A DNA stretch of 64,000 nucleotides, taken from contig CBDBHB010000009.1 of assembly GCA_965205505.1 (NCBI GenBank), positions 2,848,001 through 2,912,000 on the forward strand, read 5' to 3'. Made by a program: the position numbers and the translations under genes. Below are positions 1-9,973 of this stretch, piece by piece. The notes beneath the pieces were generated by a model that was not told the origin of the DNA, did no database searches, and saw nothing but the letters and a program-made list of their open reading frames with translations. This DNA comes from Acidobacteriota bacterium (GTDB lineage: Bacteria > Acidobacteriota > UBA890 > WLXD01). Position 1 is the first letter of the stretch; the number at the start of each line of letters is the position of its first letter.

Positions 1-2071
1 GACTGCGAACGCCAAGGTAGAGGTCGAGGCCAAGCGAGTCAGTGCGCTGCGCCTGTTGCAACAGCTCATCGAGCTGTCGGCCGACTTGCCGCCCGAGCTG
101 GAAGGGCTGGCACGCACGGCCACGCGGCCCGGCGCTATGGTCGACATCATCGCAGCGCATGTTGGTACGGCGGTCGAAGACAGGCAGCGGGTGCTTGAGA
201 CGTTGCCGCCAAACGAGCGGCTCACGGTGCTCCTGGGGCTGCTCGCGCAGCAAGTTCAGGTGCTCGAGCTGTCACAGAAGATCGAATCTGAAGTACAGGG
301 GGAGATCGACCGCGGACAGCGCGAGATGTACCTGCGAGAACGCTTGCGGGCCATCAAGCGCGAGCTCGGCGAGGAAGAGGACGACGCCGAGATCGAGGCG
401 CTTGGTCGGCGAATCAGCGAGGCCGCGATGCCCGACGACGTTCGGAAGATCGCAACCCAGGAGCTCGAGCGGCTTTCCCGGATGTCGCCTGCGGCAGCGG
501 AGTATCACGTTCTGCGCACGTACATCGACTGGATCCTCGACATGCCATGGGGTGTCTATACCGAGGACAACCTCAACCTCAAGATCGCGGCAGAGCTTCT
601 CGACAAGGACCACTACGATCTGGAGAAGGTAAAGAAGCGGATCATCGAGTACCTGGCGGTGCGCAAGCTCAAGCCGGACAAACGGGGCCCGATCCTGTGC
701 TTCATTGGACCTCCAGGGGTAGGGAAGACGTCTTTGGGTCGCTCCATCGCCGCCGCCCTCGGACGAAAGTTCGTGCGTCTGTCGCTAGGCGGAGTGCACG
801 ACGAGGCGGAGGTTCGGGGTCATCGTCGTACCTATGTGGGCGCCATGCCCGGCCGCATAGTCCAAAGCATCAAACGGGTCGGATCGATGAACCCGGTGTT
901 CATGCTGGACGAGATCGACAAGATCGGCCAGGACTTCCGGGGCGACCCTTCTGCCGCCTTGCTCGAGGTGCTTGATCCGGAGCAAAACGACACGTTCTCG
1001 GACCACTATCTCGAAGTCGCGTTCGATCTCTCTCGCGTGCTGTTCATCGCTACGGGGAACACGCCCGAGGGTATCCCTGCCGTCTTGCGCGATCGCATGG
1101 AAGTTCTCGAGCTACCGGGCTACACCGCCGAGGAGAAGGTCGAGATCGCACAACGCTATCTAGTGCCACGACAGCTCGACGATCACGGGCTTACTGCCGA
1201 GCAACTCAGCTTCGCCAGCGACGCTATCGGTGCAATTGTCCGCGACTACACGGAGGAGGCTGGAGTGCGTGGGCTCGAACGCGAGATCGCGGCGATTTGC
1301 CGTGCCCACGCCAGGCTGGTGGCGGAGCGAATCGATGATCCCGATGCCGCCCCCGCGGAGGCACTCGATGTGACTGTCGCGCATCTGCACCGCTTCCTGG
1401 GCCCGATAAAGTTCTTCTCCGATCTGGCGGAGCGAACCGCTGCTCCGGGTGTTGCGGTCGGCCTCGCGTGGACGGTCACCGGAGGCGACATCCTGTTCAT
1501 CGAGGCGACGCGAATGAAGGGGAAAGGCGAGCTGCGCCTGACGGGTCAGCTCGGTGACGTGATGAAGGAATCTGCGCAGGCAGCGATGTCGTACCTGCGC
1601 GGTCACGCTGTGCAGCTGGGAATCGCAGATAGTGCGTTCAGGAACCATGACGTGCACGTCCATGTCCCGGCCGGTGCCACTCCGAAAGATGGTCCGTCTG
1701 CCGGGGTTGCGATGCTCGTAGCCTTGGCCTCGTTGTTTACGGGGCGGCGAGTCGCGAGCGATCTGGGCCTCACCGGCGAGCTGACGTTGCGTGGGTTGGC
1801 GCTGCCGGTGGGTGGCATCAAGAACAAAGTCTTGGCGGCACACCGAGCCGGGCTCAAGCGAGTCCTCATGCCTCGAAAGAACGAGAAGGATCTCGAAGAG
1901 ATTCCGGAGCAAGCGCGGCGGGGCTTGGAGTTTGTGTTCATCGACCGGGTCGAGGAAGCACTGGAGCATGCATTGACGTCGCCGCCGCCGGCGCCGCGAA
2001 AAGCGGCAATCAAACCAGCACCTCGACGCAAGAAGAAGGCACCTCGCCGCCGGCCGGCAGGTTTGGGCTAG
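1..2071 (+). CDS. lon: ATP-dependent Lon protease (5'-truncated by window edge)
   Basis: Walker A GPPGVGKT, RRTYVGAMPG, catalytic DGPSAG Ser and GGIKNK Lys; frame open back to base 2. Confidence 0.97.
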   Translation, partial: TANAKVEVEAKRVSALRLLQQLIELSADLPPELEGLARTATRPGAMVDIIAAHVGTAVEDRQRVLETLPPNERLTVLLGLLAQQVQVLELSQKIESEVQGEIDRGQREMYLRERLRAIKRELGEEEDDAEIEALGRRISEAAMPDDVRKIATQELERLSRMSPAAAEYHVLRTYIDWILDMPWGVYTEDNLNLKIAAELLDKDHYDLEKVKKRIIEYLAVRKLKPDKRGPILCFIGPPGVGKTSLGRSIAAALGRKFVRLSLGGVHDEAEVRGHRRTYVGAMPGRIVQSIKRVGSMNPVFMLDEIDKIGQDFRGDPSAALLEVLDPEQNDTFSDHYLEVAFDLSRVLFIATGNTPEGIPAVLRDRMEVLELPGYTAEEKVEIAQRYLVPRQLDDHGLTAEQLSFASDAIGAIVRDYTEEAGVRGLEREIAAICRAHARLVAERIDDPDAAPAEALDVTVAHLHRFLGPIKFFSDLAERTAAPGVAVGLAWTVTGGDILFIEATRMKGKGELRLTGQLGDVMKESAQAAMSYLRGHAVQLGIADSAFRNHDVHVHVPAGATPKDGPSAGVAMLVALASLFTGRRVASDLGLTGELTLRGLALPVGGIKNKVLAAHRAGLKRVLMPRKNEKDLEEIPEQARRGLEFVFIDRVEEALEHALTSPPPAPRKAAIKPAPRRKKKAPRRRPAGLG

Positions 2072-2135
2072 CAGGCCGCCTTGCATCTGGCCCCAACTCG
2101 CCGTAACCAGACCCACCACACTTTCACTCATCTAG
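2068..2135. repeat. CTAG-bounded remnant of hairpin MITE/REP-like family between convergent lon and rarA
   Basis: ctagcaggcc...gtaaccagacccaccacactt...ctag resembles the termini of the element at 8853-9130; both flanking TAG stops lie in the CTAGs. Confidence 0.7.
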
Positions 2136-3511
2136 TCGGCGAGACCGGCTGCGCTGCGCCGGCGGCGGGCTGTATCGAAGTCTCGAAGTCGCTTGGCTAT
2201 CTCTATCTCGGCGCCGCGCTTGCCAGCGACATAGAAGCGGCGGTCGCTGATCTCCGCAGGGAGGCAGTCCATCGCGGCGACTCCGTCATCGAGATCGTGC
2301 GCATAGACATAGCCTGCACCATAGCCCTCCTCCTTCATCAGCCGCGTCGAAGCGTTGCGTAGCTGCATCGGTACGGCGAGGTTGCCGCTCGCCTGAGTCT
2401 CATCTACCGCAGCGCTGTAGGCGGTTTGGATGGTATTGCTCTTGGGAGCTGCGGCTAGGTAGATGGCCACCTCGGCCAGTGCCAGGGCGCCCTCGGGCAT
2501 GCCGATGGCGTGCATGGTCTGCATGCCGGCCACGGCGAGCGGTAGCGCTCCGGGATCGGCCAGGCCGACGTCCTCGCTCGCCATGCGCACCAGCCGTCGC
2601 GCCACGTAGAGTGGTGCCTCACCTGCTTCGAGCATGCGCGCGAGCCAGTAAAGCGCCGCATCGGCGTCGCTGTTGCGGATGCTCTTCTGCAACGCCGAAA
2701 TCTGGTTGAAATGCTCCTCGCGATCGTAGCGGAGATGGGGGCGTTGGAGCGCCTCTTTGACATCGTCGTCGCCTACCGAGAGCTGTCGCCCGCCCCGCTG
2801 GCGAGCCAGGCTTACGGCGAGCTCCAGTGCTGACAGAGCGGCGCGGGCGTCACCGTCCGCGAGAGCAGCGATCTGACGCAGCAGCCGTTCGGGAAACTCG
2901 ATCGCCGAGGCTCCTAACCCGCGCGGCAGCGACGTATCGAGGGCACGTCGAAGCAGTAGCTCCAGGTGCTCCGGAGTCAGCGCCGCGAGGCGAACGACGC
3001 GGCAGCGCGACAACAACGGTGGAATGACTTCGAAGGACGGGTTCTCCGTGGTGGCGCCGATAAGAATAATCGAACCGTCCTCAACCCATGGCAGCAGCGC
3101 GTCCTGCTGACCCTTGTGGAAACGATGAATCTCGTCGATGAACATGACGGTGCGGCCGCCAGAATGCTGGCGGAGACGAGATGCGTGGTCGGCGACTTCG
3201 CGTACCTGCTTGACTCCCGAAGAGGTCGCGGACAGCGTCACCAGCTGGCTGCCGGTAGCAATGCCGACGATGCGCGCCAGCGTCGTCTTTCCCACCCCGG
3301 CCGGGCCCCACAGGATCAGCGACGTCGGATGCCCTGACGCTACTAGCTGGCTCAGAAGCCGGCCCTCACCGAGCAGATGTTCCTGACCGAGAACCTCCTC
3401 GATGGTGCGCGGACGCATGCGCTCGGCGAGCGGCGAGCTCGGATCGACCTCGGCGGTCGTCGCCGACCCGTCGGCGGGGGCAAACAGGTCTCCGGATGCG
3501 GCGTCTGCCAT
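2132..3511 (-). CDS. rarA: Replication-associated recombination protein A (RarA/MgsA AAA+ ATPase)
   Basis: PLAERMRP, GPAGVGKTT, FIDEIHRF, GATTENP, SALQKSIR, MgsA C-terminal GYGAGYVYAHD; start taken at MADAASG. Confidence 0.95.
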   Translation of the reverse strand: MADAASGDLFAPADGSATTAEVDPSSPLAERMRPRTIEEVLGQEHLLGEGRLLSQLVASGHPTSLILWGPAGVGKTTLARIVGIATGSQLVTLSATSSGVKQVREVADHASRLRQHSGGRTVMFIDEIHRFHKGQQDALLPWVEDGSIILIGATTENPSFEVIPPLLSRCRVVRLAALTPEHLELLLRRALDTSLPRGLGASAIEFPERLLRQIAALADGDARAALSALELAVSLARQRGGRQLSVGDDDVKEALQRPHLRYDREEHFNQISALQKSIRNSDADAALYWLARMLEAGEAPLYVARRLVRMASEDVGLADPGALPLAVAGMQTMHAIGMPEGALALAEVAIYLAAAPKSNTIQTAYSAAVDETQASGNLAVPMQLRNASTRLMKEEGYGAGYVYAHDLDDGVAAMDCLPAEISDRRFYVAGKRGAEIEIAKRLRDFDTARRRRSAAGLAD

Positions 3512-3633
3512 ATCGAGGTTACCGGCGACTTGATCTAAGAGAAGTTGAACATGGCAACGGGGAGCGATGATGGGCAAGAGGTGGCGCAGCGCTCAGGTTA
3601 TCCTGAAACGGCCCGCCTGGGGCCGGAGGCGAG

Positions 3634-4269
3634 ATGCAGCGCTGGATCATTCGTTCGGACGCCGACCTCGATCTGGAGCTTGCGGCCATCGCCGCCGTCC
3701 TCGAAAAGGGCGGGATCATCGCTGTGCCCACCGGCAGCTTCTATGCTCTCGCCGCCGACGTGCGTTGTGGCGAAGCGCTCAACCGCCTGCAACGCCTCAA
3801 GGGCAGGGGCCTCGAGAAGCCCTTGCTGGTTCTTGTGGCTACGGCATCCGCCGCACGCGAGCTGGCGCCGTCTTCGCCGCCATTGCTCGAAGAGCTTGCG
3901 GCGCATTTCTGGCCGGGTCGACTAACGCTTCTTCTGCCAGCACGAGATGATTTGGCCGGGCCGCTTGTCGGCTCAACCAGGGCGGTCGCCGTGCGGGTAC
4001 CGAGTATCCTGGCGACGCGGCGAATTGCCGCTCGGGTGGGTGGCGTGACTGGTACCTCGGCAAACCGAACGGGCGAGGCGCCGGCCCGGGACCCCGAGAT
4101 GTTGGGGATTGACCACGCGGCGCTCGCCGGGATCGTCGATGCCGGACGGACCGCCGGGGGCAAGCCTTCTACTCTGCTCGATATCACCCAGGAGCCCGCT
4201 CGAATCGTCCGCCACGGGGCGTTACACGAGTCGGAGGTGCGGCAGTTCTTGGGCGCACGACTGGTATAA
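3634..4269 (+). CDS. tsaC: L-threonylcarbamoyladenylate synthase (TsaC/Sua5 YrdC domain)
   Basis: VPTGSFYAL, LKGR..KPL, FWPGRLT, TSANRTG, PSTLLD motifs. Confidence 0.9.
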   Translation: MQRWIIRSDADLDLELAAIAAVLEKGGIIAVPTGSFYALAADVRCGEALNRLQRLKGRGLEKPLLVLVATASAARELAPSSPPLLEELAAHFWPGRLTLLLPARDDLAGPLVGSTRAVAVRVPSILATRRIAARVGGVTGTSANRTGEAPARDPEMLGIDHAALAGIVDAGRTAGGKPSTLLDITQEPARIVRHGALHESEVRQFLGARLV

Positions 4270-4347
4270 TCCGCCTTTCACGACGCCGAATACGCGGTTT
4301 CCAGGCGCGGAGTCCTTCAGACCGAGCCACACCGGACAGCCCATCGA

Positions 4348-5769
4348 ATGACCGACCTTGACAGGCTGCGCATGTCTGAGACGAGCGTGAGTCCGTTGCG
4401 CAAGCCACGCTATTGGATCAAGACGTTCGGCTGTCAGATGAACGTGCACGATTCGGAGATCTATGCCGGCCTTCTCGATGGCATGGGGTACGAGGCCGCC
4501 GAGCAGGCATCCGACGCCGATCTCGTGCTGGTCAACACCTGCTCGGTGCGCGAACGTGCCGAGGACAAGCTCTTCTCGCAGCTCGGCAGGTTGCGCCAGA
4601 TCAAGGATGTGTTGTCGCGCGAGGGCGGTCGAGGCGGCGAGCCGCGCGAGTTGCTAGTGGGGGTTACCGGCTGCATCGCGCAGCAGCGTGGCGGGGAGAT
4701 CATCGATCGCCAACCCAGCGTGGACTTCGTCATCGGTACGCGTGCCATTCATAGCCTGGGCAGCGTTCTCGGTCGGGTACAAGCTGGCCTCGGCCCACAG
4801 GTCAATACCGAGGACCAGGTTCAGTTCGAAACTCCAGAAGCCCACCGCGCAGACCGCGTTCGCGCCTTCGTAACCATCATGGAGGGATGCAACAACTATT
4901 GCTCCTTCTGCATCGTTCCGAGCACCCGCGGCTTGGAGATCTATCGTCCGGCACACGCGATTGTGGACGAGATTCGGGGCCTTGGATTGCGTGGCTACCG
5001 TGAGGTGACCCTGCTGGGGCAGAACGTGAATTCGTGGGCCGACCCCGAGACCGGGATGGATTTCCCCGGACTCCTCGCGGCGATCGACGACATGCTGCAG
5101 GCGACTCCGAGCACGGAGCCGAGCGTTGAGCGCGTCCGCTTTCTCACGTCACACCCCAAAGATATGTCGTCGCGCCTCATCGAGGCGATGGCCGAGCGCC
5201 CGACCGTGGCCAACCATATCCACCTGCCGGTGCAATCAGGTTCCGACCGCATCCTCCATCAGATGAACCGCCACTACACGGTCGATACATATCGCGGCCA
5301 GGTCGAGGAACTCCGCCGCCGGATACCGGAGGTCGGGCTGTCCACCGATATCATCGTCGGTTTTCCGGGCGAGACCGACGCCGACTTCGAGGCCACCCTC
5401 GGTCTTGTACGCGACGTCGAGTACGACTCTTTTTTCTCGTTCGAATACTCGCCACGTCCTGACACGGCCGCGCTCAACTACGAGGACGACGTGTCTGCGA
5501 AGGTCAAGCGCGACCGCCTCCTTGAGCTCCAGGACGTCGGTCGCGAGATCCAAGAGCAGCACAACGCGTCGTGGCTGGGTCGTCGTACGGAGGTGCTGGT
5601 CGACTCCGTCAGCAAGCGCACCGCTGAGGACGTGTCGGGCCGCACCTCCTCGAACCACATCGTCAACATGCCCGGCGCCCACGAGCTAATCGGTAGCCTG
5701 GTCGATGTGAGGGTCACATCGTACGCGGCGCATAGCCTGTATGGCCGGGTGGTCGGCGATCCACAGTGA
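4348..5769 (+). CDS. miaB: tRNA-2-methylthio-N6-dimethylallyladenosine synthase
   Basis: TFGCQMNVHDSE, NTCSVRE, radical-SAM GCNNYCSFC, C-terminal TRAM domain. Confidence 0.96.
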   Translation: MTDLDRLRMSETSVSPLRKPRYWIKTFGCQMNVHDSEIYAGLLDGMGYEAAEQASDADLVLVNTCSVRERAEDKLFSQLGRLRQIKDVLSREGGRGGEPRELLVGVTGCIAQQRGGEIIDRQPSVDFVIGTRAIHSLGSVLGRVQAGLGPQVNTEDQVQFETPEAHRADRVRAFVTIMEGCNNYCSFCIVPSTRGLEIYRPAHAIVDEIRGLGLRGYREVTLLGQNVNSWADPETGMDFPGLLAAIDDMLQATPSTEPSVERVRFLTSHPKDMSSRLIEAMAERPTVANHIHLPVQSGSDRILHQMNRHYTVDTYRGQVEELRRRIPEVGLSTDIIVGFPGETDADFEATLGLVRDVEYDSFFSFEYSPRPDTAALNYEDDVSAKVKRDRLLELQDVGREIQEQHNASWLGRRTEVLVDSVSKRTAEDVSGRTSSNHIVNMPGAHELIGSLVDVRVTSYAAHSLYGRVVGDPQ

Positions 5770-5848
5770 CGATCGCGTCAGGTGCAGCGCGATGCTTGAT
5801 CCGATCTTCGATGCGCGCATATAGTCGTCTACAAGTGAGGAGCGCCGC

Positions 5849-6334
5849 ATGCAGGTGGAGATGAAGGTCATGGGGTTGATGGTCGACCCGGTGACGAACA
5901 TGCCGATCGTCATTCTCAAGGATGACTCGGAAAACCACGTCTTGCCGATCTGGGTGGGGATCTTCGAAGCCAACGCCATCGCCTTGAAGGTCGAGGCGAT
6001 AGATACGCCGCGGCCGATGACGCATGACCTGCTGTACAGCATGGTTGGAGCGTTCGGCGCCCGGGTTGACAAGATCGTAGTCACCGAGCTTCGCGAGAAC
6101 ACGTATTTCGCGCAGATCCACATGCAGATGAAAGGCAGCGAGATCACGGTCGATTCGAGGCCGAGCGATGCGCTCGCGTTGGCCCTTCGGACCGAGGCGC
6201 CGATCTTTGTCGAGGAGGCGGTGCTCAATCAGGCGCGCTCCGTCGACGACGGCCGGGACTTGTCGAACTCGGAGCGGTTGCGGCGCTGGTTTGAGAACTT
6301 GGACCCCGACGAGTTCTCGAAATACGAGATGTAG
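5849..6334 (+). CDS. Bifunctional nuclease family protein (DUF151)
   Basis: LPIWVGIFEANAIA, RPMTHDLL, DSRPSDALALALR. Confidence 0.92.
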   Translation: MQVEMKVMGLMVDPVTNMPIVILKDDSENHVLPIWVGIFEANAIALKVEAIDTPRPMTHDLLYSMVGAFGARVDKIVVTELRENTYFAQIHMQMKGSEITVDSRPSDALALALRTEAPIFVEEAVLNQARSVDDGRDLSNSERLRRWFENLDPDEFSKYEM

Positions 6335-6622
6335 GCGTGTCGAGGGCGAGATTCGGTTGCGCTCTCTGAGGTCCTCCTGCATGATGGGTCGTCCCGCGGA
6401 CAACGACGGGTTCGCAGCCGGTTCGGCGGGATGCGCAGCGCACGGGTTTGAGGCGAGCGCCGGCGCGTAGTGGGCGGGCATAGAACCCTGGCAGCCGGGA
6501 AAGCAGTCGCCGTGGGATGACCTCGTCGGGCACGGGGGCGGGTGCCGGCGCCGCCGCGGAAGGACTTGCTCAGGGTGGTATCTGGGAACGGCTATACGAC
6601 CAAGAAAGCCGGTCGCCCGACG

Positions 6623-7378
6623 ATGATCGTCTCGGTGGCGAACCAAAAAGGCGGCGTGGGGAAGACCACGACCGCGGTGAACCTGGCGGCGGCACTGGCG
6701 CTAAAAGGGCACCGCACGTTGCTCGTCGACCTGGACCCGCAGGCACACAGCACGATTTCCTACGTTGACTCGAGCGAGTTGGAGCTGACGATCTACGACG
6801 TTCTGGTCGATACAAGTATCGAGCTCGAGCGAATCGTGTGCGCGACGGGGCTCGAGAACCTCGACGTGGCCCCGGCTCGAATTGCGCTGGCTAAGCTCGA
6901 GATCAAGCTGTCGGGCGAGTTTGATGGTCACTATCGACTGCGGGACCATCTGGCTACTATTAGTCAGAAGTATCGTTTTATAGTCATTGATACGCCCCCG
7001 ACACTAGGACTGCTCACAATTAACGCACTTGTCGCATCTTCACACGTCCTCATCCCTATACAGTCGTCGTACCTAGCGATGGAAGGCACGGACGACTTGC
7101 TCGACACGGTGCAGCGCGTCCGACAGCGAGTGAACCCGAAATTGGAGCTGCTCGGAGTGTTGATCACGATGCTCGATCGCCGCACGGTGTTGGGACGTGA
7201 TGTGGTCGAGCAGGTGCGTCGCGTCTTCGGTGACAAGGTGTTCGATACGGTGATCAGCCGGAATGTAAGGTTGGAAGAGAGCCCTGCATACAAGGAAGCG
7301 ATCTTCACACATGCGCCGTCGTCGACCGGCGCGGAGCAATACGCAAAGCTTGGAGAGGAGGTATTGGCGCGTGTCTAA
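6623..7378 (+). CDS. parA: ParA/Soj family ATPase
   Basis: deviant Walker A NQKGGVGKTT, VDLDPQ, IDTPP, RNVRLEESP. Confidence 0.93.
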   Translation: MIVSVANQKGGVGKTTTAVNLAAALALKGHRTLLVDLDPQAHSTISYVDSSELELTIYDVLVDTSIELERIVCATGLENLDVAPARIALAKLEIKLSGEFDGHYRLRDHLATISQKYRFIVIDTPPTLGLLTINALVASSHVLIPIQSSYLAMEGTDDLLDTVQRVRQRVNPKLELLGVLITMLDRRTVLGRDVVEQVRRVFGDKVFDTVISRNVRLEESPAYKEAIFTHAPSSTGAEQYAKLGEEVLARV

Positions 7379-8234
7379 GCGACTTGGGCTGCCGGTCACG
7401 ACACGAATGCGGCATGACGCTCACTTTGTAGAGGAGTTGGCGGCGGAGCATACCCGTGCTCTCGGGCAATTCCTGTCTTTGGAGTTGATACGTCCGAATC
7501 CCAACCAGCCGCGGCAAGTGTTTGAGCGACTCGAGGAGCTCGTTGCCTCGATTCAGCGCGTGGGCATACTGGAGCCACTGCTGGTCCGACGAGCCGCAAG
7601 CGGTTACCAGATCATATCGGGCGAACGTCGCTTCCGGGCAGCCCGCGCTGCTCAGCTCAAGGAGGTCCCCTGCATAGTTCTCGATGTTGATGATGCGCGT
7701 GCGCTCGAAATTGCGCTAATCGAGAACCTGCAGCGCCAGGACCTATCAGCTTTCGAGGAGTCCGAGGCGCTCCAGGCGCTCATCGACCAGTTCGGATTCA
7801 CCCACGACGACGTCGCGGAGCGGATCAGCAAGTCCCGTTCGAGCGTTACGGAGTCCCTAAGCCTGCTGGTCATGCCACGCGAGGTCCGCGCGCAGCTGGA
7901 GGAGGCAGGGATCCGCGGCAAGTCACTGCTACTCGAGATCACCCGGTGCGACACGGCTAAGGAAATGGCAGCGCTCGCGCAGCGCGTCATCAACGAGGGG
8001 CTGACGCGAGACGATCTTCGCAAGATACGGCGGGCCGAACAAAAGGCAGCGGCGGCCGAAGAGGTAGCCAGCACCACGAAGCGGCGGGCGCCTCGACGGC
8101 TCACCTTCCGGTCCAAGGAAGGAGTGACCGTGAGTGTCTTCTTGGGAAACGACGAGGTTTCGCTAGCCGACGTCGAGCGATCGCTGCTCGAGGCGATCCG
8201 CAGCCTGAGATCCAACGGCATCCCCGCAATCTAG
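7371..8234 (+). CDS. parB: ParB/Spo0J family partition protein (divergent HTH)
   Basis: PNPNQPR, CTP-binding GERRFRA, IENLQRQDL, HTH; GTG start overlapping the parA 3' end. Confidence 0.9.
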   Translation: MSKRLGLPVTTRMRHDAHFVEELAAEHTRALGQFLSLELIRPNPNQPRQVFERLEELVASIQRVGILEPLLVRRAASGYQIISGERRFRAARAAQLKEVPCIVLDVDDARALEIALIENLQRQDLSAFEESEALQALIDQFGFTHDDVAERISKSRSSVTESLSLLVMPREVRAQLEEAGIRGKSLLLEITRCDTAKEMAALAQRVINEGLTRDDLRKIRRAEQKAAAAEEVASTTKRRAPRRLTFRSKEGVTVSVFLGNDEVSLADVERSLLEAIRSLRSNGIPAI

Positions 8235-8370
8235 GTACGCGGACGCTTTCCTTCCTTGCGCGTTACGGACCGGCGGCGCGCCCCGGACTACGGGAGGGGT
8301 GCCCGCCTGAATTGTCCTCGTGCAAGACCGGCCTCGACCGGACGGCATCAACCTAAAGTAACGTCTTAGA

Positions 8371-8392
8371 GAATGTCGGCGCGCCGACATTC
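8371..8392. promoter_or_regulatory. Perfect 22-bp palindrome, candidate non-canonical parS
   Basis: GAATGTCGGCGCGCCGACATTC equals its own reverse complement; 16-bp core TGTCGGCGCGCCGACA about 140 bp after parB. Confidence 0.5.
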
Positions 8393-8781
8393 GGCGCTCG
8401 CTGCGGAGGCAACTCACGTCCCTTGCAGGGTGGCCGCTCGCAGGAAAGCCGGAAACTGTTACTCGGCGAAGCGAGCCAGTTCGACGCGGCACTCCTACGT
8501 GCTGGACCTGGCGGCGCGGACAGTAACGATTATAGGAAGCGACTTATCGCTGACGGCAGGATCGAGGGGAGCCCTCGCTCGTGTGGCGAGGCGGTGCGGC
8601 CAATTGAGTCGTGGCGAAGTGGTCCGCGAGCAAGGCTGTCCTGATCAGGCGTTTCGCCGCCCCGGATGGCGCTTCCGGTCGGTGGCACGCGCAGGCATCG
8701 AGGCCGCGCCGTCTGTCTCGCAGGGTTGACGGCGGCACCGGCTGGATGCCTACTTGGCGGGGAGGGTGGGGCAGCGATGCC

Positions 8782-9322
8782 GTAACAGATGATCGTTGCA
8801 TATCGCAGATGGGATTTGCGGGTGAGATCAAGGCGCGGCGAGGATGTCGATGCTAGCAGGCCGTGATGGAAGTGTGGTGGGTCTGGCAAGTGGGACTCAC
8901 GGGCTAGGGCAAGGATCGACGACGAGGCGATGCTGGAGCCATCGTCGAGGAGAGAGACGCCGCCATCGCCCGTGACTCCCACTTGCCCTACGGGTTACGC
9001 CGCCAAGGGCGCGTCTCCGGCGTTGCCGCTCCTAGACGATGCGCACGGGCATCGCCGGCGACGCGGCGCCTTGGATCTGCGCCCTTGGCGGCGTAACCAG
9101 ACCCATCACACTTCCATCACGACCTGCTGGGGCATCGTCGACGAGGCGCAACGCCGATATCGCCCGCAACTGCCCATCTGTCCGCAGGATGGCGGCGAAA
9201 TCGGCCCGTCTGCGGCGTTGCTCCTCCTCCAAGATGGGCAAACATCGTCTCCTCGTCGCGCCTGGCATCCGGACCCATTTCGCCACCACGATACGCAACG
9301 ATCATCTGTTACAGGCCACTAG
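8782..9322. mobile_element. Nested MITE-like elements (outer 8782-9322, inner 8853-9130)
   Basis: outer IR 8782-8805/9289-9312 (23/24 match); inner IR 8853-8886/9097-9130 (31/34); inner hairpin arms 8885-8904/8968-8987 and 8993-9012/9079-9098. Confidence 0.8.
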
Positions 9323-9879
9323 GAGCCGGCAATCGCGAGGTCGCGTTCAATCGCAGCGCGTCCGCGATCGGTGATTCGGTACTCGTAGGCGCGACCGCGG
9401 CGCCGGCGGTCAACGAGCTCTCGCGCCGCACGTAGCGCGTTACTCACGTTCGTGCGGTATACGGACCGCACGCGGCCTCGCTCCGCCAGGAAGCGCTCGA
9501 TCTCGCGCGGGGTCATCCATTCGATTCCCAGTTGCACGCTCGTTGCCTCCAATGCGACGAGCGCTTTTAGAAGCATCTTTCCAGGCGTCGCCAGAACCGA
9601 CGCGTAACGCGCCAGCCGCAACCGCGAGGAGTCGGACCCAGCGCGCCGTGGCACGGCCGTACCCGGCTCACTTGCTGACTTTCCAATGGCGCGGGGGAGG
9701 AGGGCCCGGACAATTTCGATCCGATACGCCTCGGGTACCCGGTGCTCCACGATGGCAATCAATGAGAGGGCGCGATCCACTTCCTCGGAAATGTCCGGGT
9801 CATCCCGACGCTCGGCCTGCGCGGACGTGCTCCTGGCGCAAGATGTCTGGCTCGGAGCCGGGTCGTGTGGCTTGCTCAA
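9319..9879 (-). CDS. Hypothetical protein with C-terminal winged helix-turn-helix
   Basis: MTPREIERFL...RTNVSNALR...YEYRITDRG resembles wHTH recognition helix and wing; start uncertain. Confidence 0.55.
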   Translation of the reverse strand: MSKPHDPAPSQTSCARSTSAQAERRDDPDISEEVDRALSLIAIVEHRVPEAYRIEIVRALLPRAIGKSASEPGTAVPRRAGSDSSRLRLARYASVLATPGKMLLKALVALEATSVQLGIEWMTPREIERFLAERGRVRSVYRTNVSNALRAARELVDRRRRGRAYEYRITDRGRAAIERDLAIAGS

Positions 9880-9973
9880 CGCGCCATCCTATCTCGTTTT
9901 CCCAGAATCGGTGGCTACACCCGGGCACCTGTCGACGAATATCGTCGTCATACACCTTGGCGTCAGGGGTCGC

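Noticed and set aside
8430-8530. RNase P RNA, 6S RNA or c-di-GMP riboswitch
   Set aside because: Only fragmentary resemblance (AGGAAAG, GGAAAC..GACGC); the required partner motifs are missing.
8780-9322. CRISPR array
   Set aside because: Repeats are inverted and nested, not regularly spaced direct repeats; no cas genes in the window.
9032-9374. Duplicated small ORFs at 9.0-9.3 kb and 33.0-33.5 kb
   Set aside because: They are translations of the non-coding repeat with no protein-like signature.
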